The position numbers were made by a program, and so were the translations under genes. Of a stretch of 64,000 bases of DNA, positions 9,312 to 18,797 are shown piece after piece (the stretch's first letter is position 1; each line of letters opens with the position of its first letter). The notes beneath the pieces were generated by a model. It was not told the DNA's origin. It was given only the letters and a program-made list of their open reading frames with translations, and did no database searches. Origin of the DNA: an uncultured Nitrospiraceae bacterium (GTDB lineage: Bacteria > Nitrospirota > Nitrospiria > Nitrospirales > Nitrospiraceae); assembly GCA_963730935.1 (NCBI GenBank), contig CAVSTP010000002.1, positions 544,001-608,000 of the forward strand. Direction: 5' to 3'.

Positions 9312-11999
9312 ATGGGATTGAAACCCGCAACAAATCCGGATGTCGAAGCCGCGACGATTGAGTTGAACATCGACGGGAAAACCGTCACAGCCAAGGACGG
9401 CGTGTCGCTGTACGACGTGATCTCCAGTACGGGCAAGATCATTCCGGCGATGTGTTACCACTACACGTTCGATCCGTTCGGCTCCTGTGGCATGTGCCTC
9501 GTCATGCAGGAGGGCAAGAAGGCGCCGGTGCGGTCGTGCACGGCCAAGGCCACGGCCGGAATGGTCATCCGCACGGAAGGCGATGACCTCTTCCAAGCCC
9601 GGAAGAAAGCCGTGGAGAAGCATCTCTCCGTCCATCCGTTGGACTGTCCGGTCTGCGACGCCGATGGCCATTGCGAGCTGCAGGACATGGCCTTCCAGCA
9701 CGGTGTGACCAATCTGGCCAATGCCAAGCAGAAATTCATCCCCGAGGATACGCGAAGCCTCGTGCTGGATTTCAATATGAACCGTTGTATCGCCTGCGCC
9801 GAATGCATCAACGTGTGCAAGGACGTGCTGATGATCGACGCCCTACAGTTTATGAAGAAGGGCGGCTTCAACCAGGTCGTGGCGAAGGGCGACCTTCCGC
9901 TCGCTTGCGAGTTTTGCGGAGATTGCCTGGCCGTCTGTCCGGTGGGGGCGATCACGAACAAATTCTCAAAATATCTCTACAAGCCCTGGCAGATGAAAAA
10001 GACGACGACCACCTGCAACTATTGCGGGGACGGCTGTCAAATGTACGTCGAGACCAAAGACACGGAAGTCATCCGCGTGACATCACCGCTGTCCTGGAAG
10101 AACAAATGGGGCGATCGAGCCGACACGGCCAAAGGCCACGGAGGACTCTGCGTCAAGGGACGGTTCGGGTTCGAATACATCGATTCACCGACCCGCTTGA
10201 AGAGGCCGTTGTTGCGCAAGGGCAACCAACTCGTGGAGGTCCCGTGGCTGGAGGCCATGCATGCGGTCGTCGATCGGTTCGCGGACATTCGCAAGAAGCA
10301 CGGCCCCGACGCCATCGCCGGCCTGATCACGGCACGCTGCACCAATGAAGAGCTCTATCTGTTCCAAAAGCTCATGCGGGTGGCGTTCAGGACAAACAAT
10401 CTGGACAGCAGCGCCCGCTACGGGCACATGAACTTCGTGCAGGCCTCCAAGCTGGCGCTCGGAATCGGCCGCACATCGAACGATTGGGAAGATCTGACCA
10501 AAGCGAAAGCGGTCCTCGTCATCGGCTCGAATCTGACCGAGACCAATCCGCTCACCTCCGTCCGGATCAAGGAGGCCATTCGCGTCTATAAAGCGCAGGT
10601 GATGGTCTTCGATTCTGCGATCACCAATCTCGGCAAACTCGCGTCGCACCCGTACGTGATCAAGCCAGGAACAGAGGGGCTGGTCATCGACGGCCTCGTC
10701 AAGGCGACGGTTGACCTGGATCTGGTCGACGAGGAGAGCGTGAAAAAACATCCGCAAGCCTTTGCCGCACTCAAATCCGCCATTGGCTCGATTTCTCTTG
10801 GACAGGTAGCGGCCAAGACCGGCCTGACAGCCGAGCAGTTCAAAGAGGCGGCGTCGATCTTTGCGGAATCTTCACGGTCGATAATTCTCTGCGCCGAAGG
10901 CATCGTGCGGCAGCCGGACGGCTACCAGAACGTCTTGAAGTTAGTCGACCTGGCCTGGATCACCGGCAAGCTCGGACGACCCGGCTGCGGCGTCAACACC
11001 GTAACCGAAGAACCCAACGAGCAAGGTGCGGTGGACATGGGCGTGGCCCCGGAGTACCTGCCCGGCCTGGCCGCCTTCGACGATCAGACTATGCGCGACA
11101 AGCTGGCGAAGGCCTGGGACGCGACGCTGCCCACGGCGGGAAGCGGCGCACATTTGACAGAAATTCTCAAGCACTGCCGCGAAGGACAAATTCGCGCACT
11201 CTATGTCGTCGGGGAGAACCCGTTGGCCACGCTGCCGGCTTCCATGGAAGTGCGGGCCGCATTGGATCGGCTGGAGTTGTTGGTCGTCCAAGACCCGTTC
11301 CTCACGGAAACGGGACAGATGGCGCACGTCGTGCTGCCTGCCACGACCTTCGCGGAAAAGGACGGCACCTTTACCAATCTTGAGGGGCGCGTGCTTCGCG
11401 TTCGGCAAGGGATGGATGCCATCGGGGAAAGCGTGCCCGATTGGCAGATCCTGACCGCCCTGGCCAACGGCATGGGCTGCCAGTGGGAATATGAATCGGC
11501 CAACGATATCCAGTCCGAAATCATGAAGCTGCTCCCTGGTTACTACAATCTGGGGCAGCCGAAAAAAATTGCTCCCACAGCGGACCACTACCTGTCGAAC
11601 GGGTATACGGCTTCGGCGGCGGTGCGCTATAAGGCGGCCCGGTCCGAGAGCACCAGGCCGTTTACGCTGCTGATGGGACAACTGCTGTATCACTCCGGGA
11701 AACTGTCCACGCTCGCACCCGGATTGATCAAGATCGCTCCCAATACCGGCCGGATTCGCATGAACGCGGCGGACATGGAGCGTCTGGGCTTGCAGGACGG
11801 CGCCATGGTCAAGCTCACTTCTGATCGGGGCTCGCTGCAAATAGGCGTGCAAGTCGACCAGAGCGTGGCACCTCAGACGTGCTTTTTCCCAGAACACTTC
11901 AACGAACCGCCCGTGAAAGATCTCATGTCGGTCCACGTGGACGCGATCACCGGTGTGCCGTCCTTCAAGCGAACAGGCGTGACGATCGAAAAGGTGTAG
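9312..11999 (+). CDS. nuoG: NuoG-like Fe-S subunit with a formate-dehydrogenase-like molybdopterin-oxidoreductase fold
   Basis: 2Fe-2S motif (C..GSCGMC..C), HPLDCPVC..C, two CxxCxxCxxxC motifs, CNYCGDGC..C, FAEKDGTFTNLEGRV; located inside the nuo operon. Confidence 0.88.
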   Translation: MGLKPATNPDVEAATIELNIDGKTVTAKDGVSLYDVISSTGKIIPAMCYHYTFDPFGSCGMCLVMQEGKKAPVRSCTAKATAGMVIRTEGDDLFQARKKAVEKHLSVHPLDCPVCDADGHCELQDMAFQHGVTNLANAKQKFIPEDTRSLVLDFNMNRCIACAECINVCKDVLMIDALQFMKKGGFNQVVAKGDLPLACEFCGDCLAVCPVGAITNKFSKYLYKPWQMKKTTTTCNYCGDGCQMYVETKDTEVIRVTSPLSWKNKWGDRADTAKGHGGLCVKGRFGFEYIDSPTRLKRPLLRKGNQLVEVPWLEAMHAVVDRFADIRKKHGPDAIAGLITARCTNEELYLFQKLMRVAFRTNNLDSSARYGHMNFVQASKLALGIGRTSNDWEDLTKAKAVLVIGSNLTETNPLTSVRIKEAIRVYKAQVMVFDSAITNLGKLASHPYVIKPGTEGLVIDGLVKATVDLDLVDEESVKKHPQAFAALKSAIGSISLGQVAAKTGLTAEQFKEAASIFAESSRSIILCAEGIVRQPDGYQNVLKLVDLAWITGKLGRPGCGVNTVTEEPNEQGAVDMGVAPEYLPGLAAFDDQTMRDKLAKAWDATLPTAGSGAHLTEILKHCREGQIRALYVVGENPLATLPASMEVRAALDRLELLVVQDPFLTETGQMAHVVLPATTFAEKDGTFTNLEGRVLRVRQGMDAIGESVPDWQILTALANGMGCQWEYESANDIQSEIMKLLPGYYNLGQPKKIAPTADHYLSNGYTASAAVRYKAARSESTRPFTLLMGQLLYHSGKLSTLAPGLIKIAPNTGRIRMNAADMERLGLQDGAMVKLTSDRGSLQIGVQVDQSVAPQTCFFPEHFNEPPVKDLMSVHVDAITGVPSFKRTGVTIEKV

Positions 12000-12009
12000 C
12001 ACAGCCCGT

Positions 12010-12597
12010 ATGACTGTCCGAACGCTCACAAGAAAATTCCTTCACGCTGCCCTCTTCTACGAGATCTGGGACGCCATGAAAGTGACGTTCAAGCACATGT
12101 TCCATAAGCCCATCACGTTCCAGTACCCGCGGGAGCAACGTGCCATCCCCGATACTCACCGCGGCGCCCTGGGCCTCCTGTGCTATGACGACGGCCGCGA
12201 GCGATGCGTTGGGTGCGATCTCTGCGAAGCCGCCTGTCCTTCTCGTTGCATCAAGGTGATCAGCGCGGAAGACCCGGACCGGCCCCTTCAGCGCTATGCC
12301 ACCGAGTTCTACATCGATATCACCAAATGCGTGTTTTGCGGCTATTGCGTCGAGGCCTGCCCCGTGAACGCCCTGGCCATGACGAAGATGTACGAGTTTT
12401 CGACGCACGACAAGCGGACGCTCATGTTCGATAAGAAACGCCTATATGATATCGGGGAGCGACACCTTGACGACGCCAAGAAATATTTGTACGCGCACAA
12501 CCAGGAAAAGAACCTCGAGGAGAGCCGTGAGTACCGCTACTATTTCCCGCAATCGGTCGTGAAACCGACCCAAGCAACGCCCAAACATCTGAGCTGA
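12010..12597 (+). CDS. nuoI: NADH-quinone oxidoreductase subunit I
   Basis: TFQYP, CVGCDLCEAACP and CVFCGYCVEACP. Confidence 0.97.
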   Translation: MTVRTLTRKFLHAALFYEIWDAMKVTFKHMFHKPITFQYPREQRAIPDTHRGALGLLCYDDGRERCVGCDLCEAACPSRCIKVISAEDPDRPLQRYATEFYIDITKCVFCGYCVEACPVNALAMTKMYEFSTHDKRTLMFDKKRLYDIGERHLDDAKKYLYAHNQEKNLEESREYRYYFPQSVVKPTQATPKHLS

Positions 12598-12604
12598 ACC
12601 CGCT

Positions 12605-13135
12605 ATGATGGTCGTGTTCTTTGCCTATTTTGCCCTGATGAGTATGGCCGCTGCCGTACTCACCGTCGCCTTGAGAAATCCGGTGCATTGCGGCCTGGCG
12701 CTCTTGGCCCTGTTGCTGCACGTGTCCGGCCTGTTTGTTCTGCTCAACGCCGAATTTCTGTGGGCCGTCCAAGTCGTGGTGTATGCCGGCGCCATTCTCG
12801 TGCTCTACCTGTTCGTGCTGATGCTGTTGAATCTCAAAACCGAGGAGCGCTACTTTCACAGTACGTATCTGTACTTTGTGGTTCCCACCGTGCTGGGTTC
12901 GCTCTACGTCCTGGCGTTGCTCTTCAAATCTCCGTATGCCGGCACGAAGGGTAATGCACCGACCAGCGCCGTGCTGCAACAGGGCGACACCTACGCGATC
13001 GGCATGAAAATGTTCAGTGATTATCTGTTGCAGTTCGAAATCGTCGGGATTTTCCTCCTGGGCGCCATCATCGGGGCAATCGTGTTGGCGAAAACACCGA
13101 AACCGATCGGCGGACGAGCGAATGGTGACCTGTGA
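12605..13135 (+). CDS. nuoJ: NADH-quinone oxidoreductase subunit J
   Basis: NPVH, LNAEFL, QVVVYAGAILVLYLFVLML, FEIVGIFLL. Confidence 0.95.
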   Translation: MMVVFFAYFALMSMAAAVLTVALRNPVHCGLALLALLLHVSGLFVLLNAEFLWAVQVVVYAGAILVLYLFVLMLLNLKTEERYFHSTYLYFVVPTVLGSLYVLALLFKSPYAGTKGNAPTSAVLQQGDTYAIGMKMFSDYLLQFEIVGIFLLGAIIGAIVLAKTPKPIGGRANGDL

Positions 13136-13205
13136 CAAGTGATGCGTCGCAGCGGCGGCGAATCACCCACGCGTCAGCGGTAAGCCGTCATCCATCGCAA
13201 GACCT

Positions 13206-13508
13206 ATGATCCCTCTAAGCGCGTACGTTGCGGTCAGCGCCGTGCTCTTCATTACCGGTTTGCTCGGCGTGCTGATCAGGCGGAATTTCATCATCGTGCT
13301 GATGGCGGTGGAGATCATGTTGAATGCGGCGAACATCAACCTCGTCGCCTTTTCCCATTATCTCGAGTCCATGGCCGGCCAGCTGGTTGCGCTGTTCGTC
13401 ATCGCCATCGCGGCGGGAGAGGCCGCCGTGGGACTCGCCATTATCATCGTCGTCTTCCGTGGGAAAATTTCCACGAATGTCGACGAGATGAATCTGTTGA
13501 AATGGTGA
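13206..13508 (+). CDS. nuoK: NADH-quinone oxidoreductase subunit K
   Basis: RRN, EIMLNAANIN, AAGEAAVGLA. Confidence 0.97.
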   Translation: MIPLSAYVAVSAVLFITGLLGVLIRRNFIIVLMAVEIMLNAANINLVAFSHYLESMAGQLVALFVIAIAAGEAAVGLAIIIVVFRGKISTNVDEMNLLKW

Positions 13509-13527
13509 GGAGGTGCCGCAGGCTGAC

Positions 13528-15495
13528 ATGACTGATCTCCTGATCAAGCTGATTCCCGTCTTCCCGCTGCTGGCCGTCATCGCCAACGGCGTCTTCGGCC
13601 GCTATCTCTGGTCGCACGAGTGGGCTCACCGTCTGGCGTGGGGATCGGTTGGCCTCTCGTTCCTCTGCACCATCGGCGTGTTTAGCGACGTCCTGCACAG
13701 TGGAACGGCGCGCGAAGTCGTCGCCTACCCGTGGATTTTCGGCGGGGACCTCACGATCAACATGGCCTTCCTCGTGGATCCGCTCACCTGCGTCATGCTC
13801 CTCGTGGTGACGGGAGTAGGCTTCCTCATCCACGTGTATTCGGTCGGCTACATGCACGGTGAAGAGGGATTCACGCGCTTCTTCACGTACATGAACCTCT
13901 TCATGGTCTCGATGCTGCTGTTGGTGATGGGCAACAACTACGCGGTGCTCTTCATTGGCTGGGAAGGTGTCGGCCTCTGCTCCTATCTCTTGATCGGCTA
14001 CTACTATGACAAGGTGTCGGCGGCCAAGGCAGCGACGAAGGCCTTTGTCGTCAATCGCATCGGCGACGCCGGGTTCCTGCTGGCGATCTTCCTGGTCTTT
14101 ATTAATTTCAAGACACTCGACTATACGAAAGTTTTCGCCCAGGTCGGCCACTTGTCGCCCGAGATGGCCACCGCCATCTCGTTATGCCTCCTGGTCGGGG
14201 CCGTCGGCAAATCGGCGCAGATTCCGCTCTATACGTGGCTGCCGGATGCGATGGAAGGCCCCACGCCCGTCAGCGCGCTCATCCATGCCGCCACGATGGT
14301 CACGGCCGGCGTCTACATGATTGTGCGCAACCATCTCATTTTCGATCTCTCGCCCGTCGCCTTGGGCGTCGTCGGCGTGATCGGCGGCGTCACGGCGCTC
14401 TTTGCCGCGACGATCGGTCTCGTGCAAAACGACATCAAGCGGGTGCTGGCCTATTCGACGGTCAGCCAACTCGGCTATATGTTCCTCGGCGCCGGCATCG
14501 GCGCCTATACGGCTGCGATATTCCATTTGATGACCCATGCGTTCTTTAAAGCCCTGTTGTTTCTGTCGGCCGGCTCGGTCATCCATGCCTTGTCCGGTGA
14601 GCAAGACATCAGGAAAATGGGCGGCCTCAGCCACAAGATTCCCTGGACCCATAAGCTGTTCTTCATCGGCACGATCGCCATCGCCGGGATCCCGCCCTTC
14701 GCGGGATTTTGGAGCAAAGACGAGATCATGGCCCATGCCTTTACCCATCATCACTACGTGCTCTACGGCATGGCCGCCATCGGCGCTCTTCTGACCTCTT
14801 TCTACATGTTTCGCCTGACTTATTTGACGTTCTACGGCAAGTCCCGCATGGACCACCACACCGAGGAACATGTCCATGAATCCCCGATGGTCATGATCGG
14901 TCCGTTGATGGTCCTTGGTCTGCTGTCGCTCGCCGGCGGATTCATCGGCTTTCCGCCGGACCACGGCTGGCTGCACGATTTCTTGGCTCCGGCGGCCGGC
15001 GCCAGCGGCGAACATGAGGTCAGTACCGGCCTGGTCCTCTCCCTCATGATGATCGCCAGCGGCATCGCCCTCTTCGGCTGGGCCTTGGCCCATTATCTGT
15101 ACAGCGTGAATCCGACCGCCCCGGACCGATGGGCAACGAAGGCGGGGGTCCTGTATAAGACGCTCATGAACAAATATTACATCGACGAACTGTTCGATCT
15201 CCTCATCGTCGAGCCGACCAAGAAACTGGGACTGGCGCTCGACTGGTTCGATCGCGTCGTCCTCGACGGTATCGTCCGCGCAGTCGGGCATATGGCCGAA
15301 TTGGGCGCAGCCGGCTCCACCTGGGTGGAAAAGCATGTGATTTACGGCGGCATCAACGTCGTCGGGTATGGCAACCATCTGATGGCCAAGCAGTGGCGTC
15401 AATTGCAGAGCGGGATGGTGCACCACTACGCGGCGATCATCGTGGCCGGACTATTTTTGCTTGCGGTGGTGATTCAACTGATTGTGCAGCGGTAG
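13528..15495 (+). CDS. nuoL: NADH-quinone oxidoreductase subunit L with an extended lateral helix
   Basis: GWEGVGLCSYLLIG, NRIGD, GKSAQIPLYTWLPDAMEGPTPVSALIHAATMV, QSG near the C-terminus. Confidence 0.97.
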   Translation: MTDLLIKLIPVFPLLAVIANGVFGRYLWSHEWAHRLAWGSVGLSFLCTIGVFSDVLHSGTAREVVAYPWIFGGDLTINMAFLVDPLTCVMLLVVTGVGFLIHVYSVGYMHGEEGFTRFFTYMNLFMVSMLLLVMGNNYAVLFIGWEGVGLCSYLLIGYYYDKVSAAKAATKAFVVNRIGDAGFLLAIFLVFINFKTLDYTKVFAQVGHLSPEMATAISLCLLVGAVGKSAQIPLYTWLPDAMEGPTPVSALIHAATMVTAGVYMIVRNHLIFDLSPVALGVVGVIGGVTALFAATIGLVQNDIKRVLAYSTVSQLGYMFLGAGIGAYTAAIFHLMTHAFFKALLFLSAGSVIHALSGEQDIRKMGGLSHKIPWTHKLFFIGTIAIAGIPPFAGFWSKDEIMAHAFTHHHYVLYGMAAIGALLTSFYMFRLTYLTFYGKSRMDHHTEEHVHESPMVMIGPLMVLGLLSLAGGFIGFPPDHGWLHDFLAPAAGASGEHEVSTGLVLSLMMIASGIALFGWALAHYLYSVNPTAPDRWATKAGVLYKTLMNKYYIDELFDLLIVEPTKKLGLALDWFDRVVLDGIVRAVGHMAELGAAGSTWVEKHVIYGGINVVGYGNHLMAKQWRQLQSGMVHHYAAIIVAGLFLLAVVIQLIVQR

Positions 15496-15507
15496 AACGA
15501 CGACACC

Positions 15508-17130
15508 ATGTTAGAACAGCTGGACTCGACGTTTCCGATCCTCACGTGCCTGCTCTTTTTTCCGCTCGTCGGCGCCGCCGTGCTGTGGCTCTTCGACGAC
15601 GAGGACATGGTCCGCACTTCGGCGTTGACCATCGCGCTGGTCGAGTTGGCGTTGGCGATTTTCGTTCTGATGCGATTTGTCCCCGGCTCCCCCGCCATGC
15701 AGTTCGTCGAGCACGTCCCATGGATCCCGGCATTGGGCATCAGTTACCACCTGGCAGTGGACGGCATCAGCGTGCTGTTCGTCGGGCTCACCGCTTTTCT
15801 GACCGTTTTGGTGGTCATTTACTCCTGGGACACCATTCGCTATTCGATCAAGCTATACATGATGGCCCTGTTGGCGCTGGAAACCACGACCATGGGGGTC
15901 TTCATCTCGCTAGATTTGATTCTCTTTTTCGTGTTCTGGGAACTCATGCTGATTCCCAGCTACTTTTTGATCAAGCTCTGGGGCGGTGGTGCGGAACGGC
16001 ATTATGCCGCATTGAAATATGTGCTCTATACGCTGCTCGGCAGCGTGTTCTTGCTGGTGGGCATCGCGCTTCTGGACATCAATTACCATGACTATGCCTC
16101 ACTCCATCACATGGACCAGCCGTATTCCTTCGATCTGCTGGAACTCCTGGCTGTCCCGGTTCCGCTGCATCAGCAGATGCTGATTTTCTGGCTCATGTTC
16201 ATGGGGTTCGCGTTCAAGGCGCCGGTATTCCCCTTTCATACCTGGCTACCGGACGCCCTCCTCGAAGGCCCCATCGGGATGGCCGTCGTGCTTGCCGGCA
16301 TTAAACTCGGGACCTTCGGCTTCATGCGCTTCAGCATTCCGCTGCTGCCCGAAGCCTCGAAGAGTGCGACCGTGGTTTCCGTCATGATGGGCCTCGGGCT
16401 GGCGGCGATCGTGTACGGCGCGATCATGGCGCTGATTCAGCCGGACTTCCGGCGTCTCCTGGCCTACAGCAGCATCAGCCACCTGGGTTTCATCGTAATC
16501 GGCCTGTTCGCGCTGAACTACCAGGGCCTTCAGGGCAGCCTTCTCACGATGATCAATCTCGGCTTCAGCACCGCCGGACTGTTCTTCATCGCGGGCTTCC
16601 TCCAGAGCAGACAGCAGACCACGGAGCTGACGGCATTCGGTGGAATGGCCAAACACACGCCGTTGCTCGCGGCGTTCTTCCTGTTGATCGGATTGGCCTC
16701 CATCGGTCTCCCGGGCACGAACGGGTTCGTCGGCGAGTTTTTGGTCCTCTTGGGCGCGTTCAACGCGCATTGGGTCTATGGAGCCATTGCCGTCACGGGC
16801 GTCATCTTCGGTGCGGCGTATTTTCTCTGGTACTACGAACGCGCCATCCTGGGACCGGTGGGCAAAGCCGTCCGGGAATCGATCGGGGACCTGCATCCCC
16901 GCGAAACCGTCATCGCGCTCTCCTTATCGATCATGATCCTCTGGATCGGGCTGTATCCCGCTCCGTTCCTACGCATGATGAACGGATCGGTGCAGGCTCT
17001 GGTCGACCGGATCGATCATGGAAGGGTCGCCGTTCTCAAAGAGCGGGGACGAGAGATGAGTGCAAAACGGCCGGCGGACCATGAGCCTCTTGCCGCTCGG
17101 TCCGGATCACTCGCCGGGGATTCTCTATGA
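15508..17130 (+). CDS. nuoM: NADH-quinone oxidoreductase subunit M (first copy)
   Basis: YHLAVDGIS, FFVFWELMLIP, AFKAPVFPFHTWLPDA, SIGLPGTNGFVGEF. Confidence 0.95.
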   Translation: MLEQLDSTFPILTCLLFFPLVGAAVLWLFDDEDMVRTSALTIALVELALAIFVLMRFVPGSPAMQFVEHVPWIPALGISYHLAVDGISVLFVGLTAFLTVLVVIYSWDTIRYSIKLYMMALLALETTTMGVFISLDLILFFVFWELMLIPSYFLIKLWGGGAERHYAALKYVLYTLLGSVFLLVGIALLDINYHDYASLHHMDQPYSFDLLELLAVPVPLHQQMLIFWLMFMGFAFKAPVFPFHTWLPDALLEGPIGMAVVLAGIKLGTFGFMRFSIPLLPEASKSATVVSVMMGLGLAAIVYGAIMALIQPDFRRLLAYSSISHLGFIVIGLFALNYQGLQGSLLTMINLGFSTAGLFFIAGFLQSRQQTTELTAFGGMAKHTPLLAAFFLLIGLASIGLPGTNGFVGEFLVLLGAFNAHWVYGAIAVTGVIFGAAYFLWYYERAILGPVGKAVRESIGDLHPRETVIALSLSIMILWIGLYPAPFLRMMNGSVQALVDRIDHGRVAVLKERGREMSAKRPADHEPLAARSGSLAGDSL

Positions 17131-18797
17131 GCGATTACATCCTGCTCTATATCCTTTTTGCACCATTTGCCGGTGCGATCGCACTCATTTTCGCTTCGAA
17201 CCGTCAGCCCTTGCTCGTCAGAGGCATCGCCGCGGTCTCAGCCGGCATTTCGCTGGTCGCCTCGCTATACCTGTTTTACGCCTACGATCCGGTCAAGGGC
17301 GGATTCCAGTTCATTCAAAAGTTTGAGTGGTCGAGGCAGCTCGGCATAGCCCTGCATTTGGGGGTGGATGGCATCGGGACTCCGCTGGTGCTGGCATCAT
17401 CGATCCTCTTGTTCGCCGGCATCTTCGTGTCCTGGCACATCAAGGACCGGACCAAGGAGTTTTATATATGGCTGCTGATCCTGGCCGCCGCCACCATCGG
17501 CGTCTTCATGTCGCTCGATCTGTTCTTCCTGTACTTCTTCTATGAAATGTCCGTCATCCCCATGTATCTGCTGCTGGGCATGTGGGGGAGCCATACGAAG
17601 AAGTATCTCGAGATGACCGACCAGGAAGGCCTGAAGCAGCGAGACTCCGTTGGCTTTATCTTTAATTTTGCCGCCAACAGCAAGGAATACGCGGCGATGA
17701 AGCTCGTGCTGTTCCTGTCGGCATGGGCGGTCGTGGCCCTCATGGGTATCTTATTGATCTACCGCTATTCGGGACTCAACACATTCGATATCTTGCAGTT
17801 GCGCGAACATGCTAAGTTGATGAACATTCCGGTGCTCGGGACGACGCTGGACCGGATCATTTGGGTGCTCATCTTCTTCGGCTTCGCCTCGATTGCCCCG
17901 CTCTGGCCGTTGCATTCGTGGTCGCCCGTCGGCCATGCGGCGGCGCCCGCCGCCACCAGCATGCTGCATGCCGGCGTGCTGATGAAGCTCGGACACTTTT
18001 CGATCATCCGGGTCGCCTTCGAAATTCTGCCGGATACGACCCGCGAACTGATGCCGATCGCGGCCGTGCTCTGCATCTTCAGCATCATCTACGGCGGATT
18101 CGTCGCGTTCTATGCCAAGGATACGAAGTACGTGATCGGCTACTCCAGCTCGAGCCACATGGGCTATGTCTTTCTCGGCATGGCGGCGCTGAATTACATT
18201 GGGCTGAGCGGAGCGGTGATTTATATGTTTGCGCACGCGATGGCCACGGGAATGCTCTTCGCCATGGCGGGATGGGTCTATGATCAGACGCACACACGAG
18301 ACATTCCGTCGCTGGGCGGACTCGCGAACCGCATGCCGTTCATTGCGGGGTGCTTCGTCATCGCCTGCATGGCGTCGGTGGGCATGCCCGGCACGGTGAA
18401 CTTCATCGCCGAGGTCATGATCATAGTCGGCGCCTGGAACAAGTATCCGTTTCAAGTCATCGTAGCGGTGATCGGCATCGTCATCACCCTAGCCTACTTG
18501 TTCCGCATGATGCGGGGACTGTTCTATGGTCCGATGGACCAAAAGTACAGTCACTCGCACGACGCGGTCGCGGTGGTCGACCGGCTTCCGCTGCTGATCA
18601 TGATCCTTGTCAGCATCGGCTTCGGCCTCTCTCCGATGCACATGTACAATGTCGTCCGCTCCGGCGTAGATCCGCTCGTCGCCAAGATCACGTTGGTGCA
18701 CCCGGTGTCGGCGGGTGATCCGGCGTCGCCGGATCTGGTCTCCTCGGCCGCGGATGCGTCCCGCGTCACGTCCCGCGCGGCACGGAGGCCTGAATGA
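17127..18797 (+). CDS. nuoM: NADH-quinone oxidoreductase subunit M (second, divergent copy)
   Basis: HLGVDGIG, FFYEMSVIPMY, WPLHSWSP, LMKLG, SVGMPGTVNFIAE; ATGA overlap with the first nuoM. Confidence 0.92.
   Translation: MSDYILLYILFAPFAGAIALIFASNRQPLLVRGIAAVSAGISLVASLYLFYAYDPVKGGFQFIQKFEWSRQLGIALHLGVDGIGTPLVLASSILLFAGIFVSWHIKDRTKEFYIWLLILAAATIGVFMSLDLFFLYFFYEMSVIPMYLLLGMWGSHTKKYLEMTDQEGLKQRDSVGFIFNFAANSKEYAAMKLVLFLSAWAVVALMGILLIYRYSGLNTFDILQLREHAKLMNIPVLGTTLDRIIWVLIFFGFASIAPLWPLHSWSPVGHAAAPAATSMLHAGVLMKLGHFSIIRVAFEILPDTTRELMPIAAVLCIFSIIYGGFVAFYAKDTKYVIGYSSSSHMGYVFLGMAALNYIGLSGAVIYMFAHAMATGMLFAMAGWVYDQTHTRDIPSLGGLANRMPFIAGCFVIACMASVGMPGTVNFIAEVMIIVGAWNKYPFQVIVAVIGIVITLAYLFRMMRGLFYGPMDQKYSHSHDAVAVVDRLPLLIMILVSIGFGLSPMHMYNVVRSGVDPLVAKITLVHPVSAGDPASPDLVSSAADASRVTSRAARRPE

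Noticed and set aside
9312..11999. Formate dehydrogenase alpha subunit or selenoprotein
   Set aside because: The catalytic Cys/Sec position is Gly, there is no in-frame TGA, and the gene sits at the nuoG position.
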